Shown: piece after piece, positions 17,280 to 24,275 of the stretch
How the letters are laid out: each line of letters starts with the position of its first letter
Position numbering within the stretch: the first letter of the stretch is position 1
Assembly (NCBI GenBank): GCA_022646745.1
Contig: CP060262.1
Span: forward strand, 1,620,001-1,652,000
DNA from: Planctomycetales bacterium
GTDB lineage: Bacteria; 4484-113; JAFGCY01
Length of the DNA stretch: 32,000 nt
Direction of reading: 5' to 3'
Position numbers and translations under genes: made by a program
The notes under the pieces: model-generated
Seen by the model: only the letters and a program-made list of their open reading frames with translations
The model's database searches: none
What the model was told of the DNA's origin: nothing

Positions 17280-19874
17280 GTGTGCCGTACGCCCCTGGCT
17301 GCCGTGTTCGTGACGATGTTTGCTCTCATGTTCCAGGTCTCCTGCGTGGGCCAGGCGCCCCTGACTCAGGAGCCGGATTCACTGACGCTCAAAGCTGCCC
17401 TTGCCGGGATCGATTCCCTGCCATCCCCTGAAGGCGTTGATACCGCAGGTTTTGATTCCCTGCGGGCAGCCGCCAGACAGGAACTTCTGGCAACTGGCCA
17501 GGAGCGCTGGCTGGCCGGGGCACCGCAGGGCCAGCTGAACGTGGTGGCGGACCTCGCTCTCACAAGGCTGGACGATTTCACTGCCCAGGCCCAGTGGAGC
17601 TACCGCAATGTCGGCGACTACGACCAGAACAGCGAAGCCAACATCGCTGACCTCACCCCGCTCGGCGCAAAGCTGGGCAGGACCAGCGCCGATCCTGACT
17701 GGAGCACTGCCCAGCTCTCCGATGGAGATGGCAACGGCGAGGTGAACATCGCCGACATCACGCCGCTGGGTGCCAACCTGCTCAGCCGGGTGGACGGCTA
17801 CTTCGTCCAGTCCACGACTACTCCGCTGGTCGAAGCGAGCTGGACCACCGTCGGCATGGCGCAGTTCAGCGACAGCACGCAGTCCTCACCCGGAGTGCGC
17901 CGCCGCTTCAGCGTGGCGGTGCCTGCCGTGGCCGGCGAGTCCTTCCGCGTCGTGCCCTTCAGCGGTCCGGCGAGCGGCGTGCCCGGCCTGCCCTTTACCT
18001 ACACAGGCCAGAGCGGAGGTTCGGGTCTCAGCTTCGAGGAGCATTCCGCCGTGCTGGATGCCATCACTGAGAAGATTGGCAACCTCAATACGGAGACATC
18101 CGCTGAACAGGACCAGGAGCTGGCCGACTTCATCGGCGGGCTGCCGAACGTCGAGGCCTCGGGCAGCTTTGAGGGCAATGCCTGGGGCCGCTTCTCGGAC
18201 GGCCGCTGCTTCATCGTCTGCAAGAACCGTGAACCCGACATGGCCGGGGCGCAGGCTTCATCGCTGGAATTGAGGGACACCAGCACGGTTGGTGTGCCTG
18301 CCAGCGAACTCGCTGACTTCTTCAATTCCTTCGGGACTGGCACCGTCTACCACTCACCGGTGGAGGACCTGAAGGGAATCTTCGAGGACAAGGGCTACAC
18401 CCCGTTTGCCGATCCAGCCTACGTGTCCTACCTGAAGGTCGTCAAGAACAGCGGTGTGTTCTACATAGACGCGCACGGAGGCACGGCGGTCCAGCGGGAC
18501 GATGCACACCAGTATGCGATCTGGACGGACGAACCGTACACGGCCGAGAACGAAGTGGCCCTGGGTGACGACCTGGATGCCAACCGCCTGCTCTACATGT
18601 TTGCCAAGGATGCGGCTGGCAACGAAGTGTGGAAGTATGCGTTCTCGGATGAGTTCGTCAGCGAATACATGACATTCTCAGCCAACAGCGTTGTGTTCAT
18701 CAATGCCTGCAACAGCGGCACTGCGACTGACATGATTGACGCCTTCCACACCGCCGGTGCGACCGTCTACCTCGGCTGGACCGTCAGCGTGCGGGATTCG
18801 GATGCCAACGAAGCCGCCGCGCACTTCTTCGACCGCGTACTCGGCGCCAATGTGCTGTCGCGCACGGAGAATCCCCCGATCCGGCCATTTAATTACCTGG
18901 ACACCCTGACGGACATGTACACGCGCGGAGTCAGCATCTTCTACCCGGTGAAGTATCCGCCGATGGTTCCGAAGAACCAGGTGTTCACGAAGCTGATATT
19001 CAGCACTGACGACGGCGACGAGACCTCCGGCTTCTGGCTCCTGTCCCCCACGATCTCCAACATGCAGATGAGTGACCAGAGCGGTGAACTGTTCCTGCAG
19101 GGGGACTTCGGTGACCATGAGGGGGTGGTGACCGTCGGCGGCGAGGAGGTAACCGTCACCCAGTGGGATCCCGTTACCCTTGTCTGCGAAATCCCTGATA
19201 GTGGACCCGGTTCCTCCGGTGATGTCATTGTCTACGTGCGTGGCCACCCGAGCAACGTCAGGCAGCTGACTGACTGGCGCGGCACATTTGATTTCAAGGC
19301 GCAGGGGCAGGGATCCCTGGAACGCAGCGTTTCATTCGACATCCACTTCCGCGCTGACATCGGCGACTGGCGCATGTTCCCGGCCACGGATCCGCTGCTG
19401 AAGGGGGCCTTCGGCTTCGGTCCCACGCCCATCAACTGTGCCAACGACAGCTACGGCACGGTGCATTCAACGGGCAGCTACACGGACGGCGGCAACAACA
19501 CCACGACCTGGAACGATGGAACGCTGACGCAGCTGCCACCGCATGATCCGATGAATCCCCAGTCCAACCTGATCCTGTGCACGGGGGTGCTGGACCTGGT
19601 TGATATGGATCTCCTGCTTGAGCTGCAGGCCTTCGGAGACTACAAGGAGAAACTGGTTGACAGCGGAGGCACGACGCTCCACGATACATACTTCGGCTTC
19701 ATTGACGACATGGATGAATATTTCGGGACGGGACAAGGCCTTTTGCTGACCCTCAACCCGGACTTCAGCTTCGCCGGTGACAACCTGCAGAAGGTGGACG
19801 GTGACTTCACCTATTCCCTTAGTTGGGGGCCGATCACGGTTGATACGCCGCCGAACCCGAATTCAGCCCGCTGA
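17280..19874 (+). CDS. exported (lipobox-like) multidomain protein: dockerin-like repeat pair, putative clan-CD (gingipain/C25-like) cysteine peptidase core, IPT/TIG-like domain and an unknown C-terminal domain
   Basis: GTG start with the SD gggagg 8 nt upstream, and signal peptide ...FALMFQVSC. Two calcium-loop dockerin-like repeats (DYDQNSEANIADLTPLGAKL and DGDGNGEVNIADITPLGANL). A candidate His-Gly (VFYIDAHGG, H399) and Ala-Cys (VVFINACNSG, C477) dyad, each after a hydrophobic strand. An IPT/TIG-like segment (GELFLQGDFG...VTVGGEEVTVTQWDPVTLVCEIPDSGPGSSGDVIVYV). Confidence 0.9.
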   Translation: MCRTPLAAVFVTMFALMFQVSCVGQAPLTQEPDSLTLKAALAGIDSLPSPEGVDTAGFDSLRAAARQELLATGQERWLAGAPQGQLNVVADLALTRLDDFTAQAQWSYRNVGDYDQNSEANIADLTPLGAKLGRTSADPDWSTAQLSDGDGNGEVNIADITPLGANLLSRVDGYFVQSTTTPLVEASWTTVGMAQFSDSTQSSPGVRRRFSVAVPAVAGESFRVVPFSGPASGVPGLPFTYTGQSGGSGLSFEEHSAVLDAITEKIGNLNTETSAEQDQELADFIGGLPNVEASGSFEGNAWGRFSDGRCFIVCKNREPDMAGAQASSLELRDTSTVGVPASELADFFNSFGTGTVYHSPVEDLKGIFEDKGYTPFADPAYVSYLKVVKNSGVFYIDAHGGTAVQRDDAHQYAIWTDEPYTAENEVALGDDLDANRLLYMFAKDAAGNEVWKYAFSDEFVSEYMTFSANSVVFINACNSGTATDMIDAFHTAGATVYLGWTVSVRDSDANEAAAHFFDRVLGANVLSRTENPPIRPFNYLDTLTDMYTRGVSIFYPVKYPPMVPKNQVFTKLIFSTDDGDETSGFWLLSPTISNMQMSDQSGELFLQGDFGDHEGVVTVGGEEVTVTQWDPVTLVCEIPDSGPGSSGDVIVYVRGHPSNVRQLTDWRGTFDFKAQGQGSLERSVSFDIHFRADIGDWRMFPATDPLLKGAFGFGPTPINCANDSYGTVHSTGSYTDGGNNTTTWNDGTLTQLPPHDPMNPQSNLILCTGVLDLVDMDLLLELQAFGDYKEKLVDSGGTTLHDTYFGFIDDMDEYFGTGQGLLLTLNPDFSFAGDNLQKVDGDFTYSLSWGPITVDTPPNPNSAR

Positions 19875-19910
19875 GCTTCCGCTGGCATATCGACAGGGAG
19901 CAGCGCGTTG

Positions 19911-20585
19911 TCAGCTGGAAGCTTGCCAGCGGCGCAGGAGCAGGCCGATGTCGGCGGCGCCGTCGGCACTGAGTTCACAGTCTGCCAGCTTCGCCGCCCC
20001 GTAGCCGTACATTGCGGCGATGAAGGGCAGGCAGTTGTCGGCCGCTGCCTGGCGGTCCTGCGGCGTGTCACCGATGAGGATGATGTTGCCAAAGCCGGAT
20101 TCCCGCCTGAGCCGCGCCATGGCCACGCTCTTTGAGCTGTCATGGTAACCACTTTCCAGCAGTACGAAGTGGTCTGAGATCCCGGTGGATTCCAGCACTG
20201 CATTGATGTATTCGTGGCTGCCGTTGGAGCAGACCGCCAGCGCGAAGCCATCGTGCACCAGGCCAGCCAGCAGCTCCGGGATGCCATCGAACAGGGTGGC
20301 GGAACTGCGGATTCCCGCACGCTCCAGCCTCCTGACCGTCAGCCGTGTTGCCTCCAACTCCTCGCTGCCAGGCAACGGGAACATCGCGCGCACCAGGTCG
20401 CCGATACCGCGTCCGATGAACTCGAGGATGTCCGCTTCCGCCGGCCGCGGATACCCATGCTCGTCCGCCGCGCCGAGGATTGCGGCGACGACCACGGGGG
20501 CCGTGCGGTACAGCGTGCCGTCAAGGTCGAACACCGCAAGGTGTCCCTGCTGGCGGCTGCTGGAGGATGTGTCATGGCCTGTCAT
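19911..20585 (-). CDS. HAD-superfamily hydrolase (phosphoglycolate phosphatase-like)
   Basis: Motif I FDLDGTL, motif II CSNGS, and motif IV ILIGDTPQD. Confidence 0.9.
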   Translation of the reverse strand: MTGHDTSSSSRQQGHLAVFDLDGTLYRTAPVVVAAILGAADEHGYPRPAEADILEFIGRGIGDLVRAMFPLPGSEELEATRLTVRRLERAGIRSSATLFDGIPELLAGLVHDGFALAVCSNGSHEYINAVLESTGISDHFVLLESGYHDSSKSVAMARLRRESGFGNIILIGDTPQDRQAAADNCLPFIAAMYGYGAAKLADCELSADGAADIGLLLRRWQASS

Positions 20586-20612
20586 TGGATTGCGGCAGGC
20601 AGAGTCTACACC

Positions 20613-20646
20613 ACAGAAAAGCAGAAGGGCGGGCCGCAGCCCGCCC
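20613..20646 (-). terminator. rho-independent terminator after the 20690..21541 gene
   Basis: On the minus strand the stem gggcggg/cccgccc (20646-20627) has a 6-nt loop and is followed by ttctgcttttctg. Confidence 0.6.
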
Positions 20647-20689
20647 TCGGATGTCCTGCTGTCAGCAGGGCCTGCCGGCCCCGCCCGCC

Positions 20690-21541
20690 TTAGTCATCAT
20701 CATCGTCGTCATCATCATCCATGTCCATGTCGTCATCATCGTCCATCTCGTCTCCGTCATCGCCGAGGATCGCCTCGAGCGCATCGTCGTCAACCGGGAT
20801 GAAGATGTCCATCGTCATGTTGCCATCGGCATCCGGGGGCCCCATGTGGTGCTCGCCGGCCGGGGCATGCTGCACCTCCACGCCACCGAGCGCCAGCCAG
20901 GTGTAGGCCGCCATCCAGGTCATGCCCGGGTCCGGGCCGAAGTGGCGGAACACCGCGTACTCGTTGGCGGGCACGGTGTAGGCGAACAGCGGGTCCTGCG
21001 GCTCGCCGCCCTCAGGCATGCTGAAGGAGACGTAGATCGCGGAGTCGCCGGTCACATCGGCTGCGGCATCGGGCAGCACGCTGCCGGTCATCATGTTCTC
21101 GCCCATCAGGCCCTGGGCCTCACCGAGCTCGAACAGCTGGCCATAGGCCGCACCGAAGTCGCCGCCGATGGTGGTTGCCAGGCAGACCATCGTGTGCTCC
21201 GGTCCATCCATCTCACGCGGGTTCATGTGGTTCATCATGCCCATCGCACCCTCGACCGCCGCACTGCACTTCTCGCACAGCGCATCCGGGTCATCGCAGT
21301 CCGGGCACATCCCGACCGCCATGTTGTTGAGGATCTCCATTGCCATCGGCTCGCAGCCGGCGCACAGGCCGCCGGACATCCCGCAGCCGGGGCAGGGGCC
21401 GGCCTCATCCATCGCCGCCATCCCGCCACCATGCATTTCGTGGCCCTCATGCTGGGCCAGGGCCGCGGAGCCCATTGCCAGGGAAACAACGGCACCACCG
21501 AGCAGGGCCATGAATACGCGTGTCACTTGCATTCGATACAT
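20690..21541 (-). CDS. exported metal-binding-like protein: His/Met-rich and 4x CxxC N-terminal region, GyrI-like (SOUL/AraC effector-binding fold) domain and a poly-Asp tail
   Basis: Signal peptide ending ALA|QH. Motifs HEGHEMHGGGM, CPGC, CAGC, CPDC, CEKC and MGMMNHMNPREM. The GyrI-like pattern runs up to ...YAVFRHFGPDPGMTWMAAYTWL...MDIFIPV. The C-terminus is DDGDEMDDDDDMDMDDDDDDDDD. On the minus strand, TATAAT (21594-21589) and an SD gaggtgg lie upstream. Confidence 0.85.
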   Translation of the reverse strand: MYRMQVTRVFMALLGGAVVSLAMGSAALAQHEGHEMHGGGMAAMDEAGPCPGCGMSGGLCAGCEPMAMEILNNMAVGMCPDCDDPDALCEKCSAAVEGAMGMMNHMNPREMDGPEHTMVCLATTIGGDFGAAYGQLFELGEAQGLMGENMMTGSVLPDAAADVTGDSAIYVSFSMPEGGEPQDPLFAYTVPANEYAVFRHFGPDPGMTWMAAYTWLALGGVEVQHAPAGEHHMGPPDADGNMTMDIFIPVDDDALEAILGDDGDEMDDDDDMDMDDDDDDDDD

Positions 21542-21640
21542 GCAATTCCACCTCTGTTTGGACTGAAAGTAACAATATCCAGCAAGGCATTATACGGTGA
21601 AAAGGCAAGTTGGATCAGAATAGTCTGACTGGGCTACTTG

Positions 21641-21675
21641 CGGACAGTTCTGAATGGGCAGGCTAGAATGGTGCA
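21641..21675 (+). promoter_or_regulatory. putative promoter of the CDF gene with leaderless geometry
   Basis: TAGAAT (21664-21669) is followed by 6 nt (ggtgca) and then ATG 21676, with no SD. The -35 is weak (cggaca, 17-nt spacer). TCAGA/TCTGA inverted motifs lie at 21615-21628 and 21648-21653. Confidence 0.4.
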
Positions 21676-22623
21676 ATGGCCTCCGGCTCGAAGAAAGTCA
21701 TCTATGCGGCGCTTGCCGGCAACTCGCTGATTGCGGTCACCAAATTCACGGCGGCGGCCATCACCGGCAGTTCAGCGATGCTCTCCGAGGGCATCCATTC
21801 ACTGGTGGACACCGGCAACCAGGTGCTGCTGCTGTACGGCCTGAAGCGCGCCGCCCGCCCGGCGGACAGGGATTTCCCCTTCGGTTACGGCAAGGAGGTC
21901 TACTTCTGGAGCTTCATCGTTGCCATCCTGATCTTCGCGGTCGGTGCCGGTGTCTCGCTCTATGAGGGGATCCACAACCTGATGCAGCCCGGTGAGCATG
22001 GCGACCCGAAGCTCAACTACATCGTGCTGTGCTTCGCCGCTCTCTTTGAGGGCGGTGCGCTTTGGATGGCGCTGAAGGAGTTCAACCATGCGCGCGGCAC
22101 GCGCCGCGCATGGCACATGATCCGTGAGGGCAAGGACCCGACCCTGTTCGTGGTGCTGTTCGAGGACTGTGCCGCAATGGCCGGCATCGCGGTGGCCTTC
22201 ATCGGGGTCTGGCTGACGAGCTACACCCACAACCCGATGTGGGACAGTGGTGCCTCCATCATCATCGGCCTGATCCTGGCTACCGTCGCCACCCTGCTGG
22301 CGCTGGAGACCAAGGGCCTGCTGATCGGCGAGAGCGCTGACGCGGAGGTGGTGGAGGGCATCCGCGAGATTGCCCTGCTGCAACCTGAGGTGCTGCATGT
22401 CAACGAGGTGCTCACGATGCACATCGGCCCGCAGTACGTGCTTGTCAACCTCAGCGTGGAATTCCGCGACGACTGCGTGGCGGACCAGATCGAACGTGCG
22501 ATCGCCCGTGTGGACCGCAGCCTGAGATTCCGCTTCCCGGATGTGCGCCGTGTGTTCATCGAGGCCGAGAGCCGCGTCAGTCGCGAGGCACGCGATGCGG
22601 CGGCCCAGGAACCAGGCCACTGA
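21676..22623 (+). CDS. cation diffusion facilitator (CDF) family divalent-metal efflux transporter
   Basis: Typical N-terminus and TM2 metal-site motif (VIYAALAGNSLIAVTKFTAAAITGSSAMLSEGIHSLVDTGNQ). Six predicted TM segments and a C-terminal cytoplasmic domain. Confidence 0.95.
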   Translation: MASGSKKVIYAALAGNSLIAVTKFTAAAITGSSAMLSEGIHSLVDTGNQVLLLYGLKRAARPADRDFPFGYGKEVYFWSFIVAILIFAVGAGVSLYEGIHNLMQPGEHGDPKLNYIVLCFAALFEGGALWMALKEFNHARGTRRAWHMIREGKDPTLFVVLFEDCAAMAGIAVAFIGVWLTSYTHNPMWDSGASIIIGLILATVATLLALETKGLLIGESADAEVVEGIREIALLQPEVLHVNEVLTMHIGPQYVLVNLSVEFRDDCVADQIERAIARVDRSLRFRFPDVRRVFIEAESRVSREARDAAAQEPGH

Positions 22624-22644
22624 TTTCCCGCCTGGCCCTGCCCG

Positions 22645-22683
22645 AAAAAGCAAAAGGCCGGAGCCCTGACGGTTGCTCCGGCC
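22645..22683 (-). terminator. rho-independent terminator (best on the minus strand; lies between convergent genes)
   Basis: The stem ggccggagc/gctccggcc (22656-22664 / 22675-22683) has a 10-nt loop. On the minus strand it is followed by ttttgcttttt. Confidence 0.65.
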
Positions 22684-22709
22684 TGTCATTATCAGCTCGA
22701 CAGAAGTTG

Positions 22710-22820
22710 TTACTTCTTCTTGCCACCCTTGCCCGCGGGCTTGGCGGTGGTAGTGCTGGTCTTGGCAGCACCGGTGGTCTTGGCTGCGGGCTTGGCGCCT
22801 GCTTTGGGCTTTGCGGCCAC
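22710..22820 (-). CDS. 36-aa Lys/Ala/Thr-rich basic protein (histone H1-tail-like); absent from the ORF track because it is too short
   Basis: My translation reads GTG GCC GCA AAG CCC ... AAG AAG AAG TAA, giving (M)AAKPKAGAKPAAKTTGAAKTSTTTAKPAGKGGKKK. The SD AGGAG lies 6 nt upstream of the GTG. GC-rich codons are used. A terminator follows about 25 nt downstream, and a promoter-like TTGTTT-16-TATGAT lies upstream. Confidence 0.55.
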   Translation of the reverse strand: MAAKPKAGAKPAAKTTGAAKTSTTTAKPAGKGGKKK

Positions 22821-22826
22821 TTGTTT

Positions 22827-22890
22827 CTCCTGATCGCATAGTATGTTTGCGCGATCAGCGAAATCATACGGCAATGTATGCAGAAAACAA
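22827..22890 (-). promoter_or_regulatory. putative promoter and 5'UTR hairpin of the small basic-protein gene
   Basis: On the minus strand: TTGTTT (22890-22885), a 16-nt spacer, then TATGAT (22868-22863). The inverted repeat CTGATCGC-N13-GCGATCAG (22830-22858) has a 3' arm that overlaps the first 2 nt of the SD. Confidence 0.4.
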
Positions 22891-23070
22891 GTGGTTTCCG
22901 GAAAAAAACCGGGCGATTTTCAGGGCCGCTCAGGCCAGTGCCAGCCATGGCTGAACGGCTTTCCGGATGCCGGCTTGAAACAGCCGCCGCGAACCAGGGG
23001 TAGGAGACAGTTCCGGGCTGCGGCAGGGCGGCTGTGGCAGCGGAATATACTAGGTGTGGAGGTAATGCAT

Positions 23071-23853
23071 ATGCGGAAAATCATCCTGGCGCTGCTGATG
23101 CTCATGGCAATGGCGGCGGTTGCGGAGGCAAAAGTGACAACAGAGGTAGTGGAGTACGAGCACGACGGTACGGTGCTGGAGGGCTTCCTGGCCTGGGACG
23201 ACAGTTTCGACGGCAAGCGCCCGGGCGTGCTGCTGGTGCACCAGTGGATGGGTCTCGGTGAGCATGAGAAGGCCTGGGCTGAGCGCCTGGCTGCCGAGGG
23301 CTACGTTGCGATGGCAGCCGATGTCTACGGCAAGGGCGTGCGGCCGGCCAGCACTGAGGAAGCCGGTGGGCAGGCCACGATCTACCGCAGCGACCGCTCC
23401 CTGATGCGGGCCCGCGTACAGGCCGGGATTGACAGGCTGCGCAGCGTTGCGGCGGTGGATGAGTCACGGGTGGCGGCGATCGGCTTCTGCTTCGGCGGTG
23501 GCTGCGTGCTGGAACTGGCCCGCAGCGGATCTGAGATTTCCGGTGTTGTCAGTTTCCATGGCAACCTTGACACCCCTGACCCCGCTGACGCGAACAACAT
23601 CAAGGGTAGCGTGCTGGTCTGCCATGGGGCGGACGACCCATATGTCCCGGCAGAGACGGTGACGGCCTTCCAGGAGGAGATGCGCAATGCCGGCGTGGAC
23701 TGGCAGATGGTGGCCTACGGCAACTCAGTGCACTCCTTCACCCATGAAAGCGCCGGCACTGACAACAGCAAGGGCGCGGCCTACAACGAAAAGGCGGCGA
23801 AGCGCAGCTGGCAGGCCATGCTGGACTTCTTCGACGAGATCTTCGCGAATTGA
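23071..23853 (+). CDS. exported dienelactone hydrolase family protein
   Basis: Start moved to ATG 23071, which has ggagg 8 nt upstream. This gives the signal peptide MRKIILALLMLMAMAAVAEA. Nucleophile motif GFCFGG and a C-terminal His motif (NSVHSF). Confidence 0.9.
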   Translation: MRKIILALLMLMAMAAVAEAKVTTEVVEYEHDGTVLEGFLAWDDSFDGKRPGVLLVHQWMGLGEHEKAWAERLAAEGYVAMAADVYGKGVRPASTEEAGGQATIYRSDRSLMRARVQAGIDRLRSVAAVDESRVAAIGFCFGGGCVLELARSGSEISGVVSFHGNLDTPDPADANNIKGSVLVCHGADDPYVPAETVTAFQEEMRNAGVDWQMVAYGNSVHSFTHESAGTDNSKGAAYNEKAAKRSWQAMLDFFDEIFAN

Positions 23854-23858
23854 TTCGT

Positions 23859-23987
23859 GGGCAATGAAGAATGAGCAATGAAGAGTGAGCAATGAAGAAT
23901 GAGTAAGGAGCAATGAGCCTGCGTTGCGTTGAGGTTACCTCCATGCAGCCAGGACTCATTGCTCACTCTTCATTGCTCATTGCTCCT
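23859..23987. repeat. tandem 14-nt units (GAGCAATGAAGA[A/G]T) arranged as a long inverted repeat
   Basis: Units at 23859-72, 23873-86 and 23887-900, with a degenerate unit at 23901-14. A perfect 26-nt inverted repeat pairs 23870-23895 with 23956-23981, with a loop of about 60 nt. A related copy lies at 30918-30946. Confidence 0.8.
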
Positions 23988-23988
23988 G

Positions 23989-24020
23989 CCGGCGGTTAAA
24001 TCCCGCCGCTTTTTGTTTTC
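23989..24020 (+). terminator. rho-independent terminator downstream of the dienelactone hydrolase gene
   Basis: The stem cggcgg/ccgccg has a 7-nt loop and is followed by ctttttgtttt. Confidence 0.7.
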
Positions 24021-24275
24021 TCCCGCAGGATCTTTCCGGCATCCACACATCGCACGGATACCCTGTTGACAGAGCGTATCAGATGGAACCAGGCCTCAGC
24101 CGCGCGGTCCCAGCCCGCCGGCGGAGGATGATCCCCCTTTTCGCTTCCTCATTGGCAAGCATCACACCTATCATCCATCGCAGGCGGCGGGACGGCAGGC
24201 AATAGTCGTCCCCGCTGCCTCTCATGAATATCGCAAGTGGTATCCCTGAAATCCACGCTGACCGGGTAGGCCGGC

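Noticed and set aside
23859-23987. Possible CRISPR array, given the short tandem repeats.
   Set aside because: The units are contiguous 14-mers with no unique spacers, they are arranged as an inverted repeat, and no cas genes are present.
24021-24275. Minus-strand ORFs 24079..24429 and 24149..24415 in the spacer upstream of the low-GC propeller gene.
   Set aside because: Their composition is Arg/Ser/Ala-rich, they lack an SD and any motifs, and they overlap the 5' end and signal-peptide region of the plus-strand gene.
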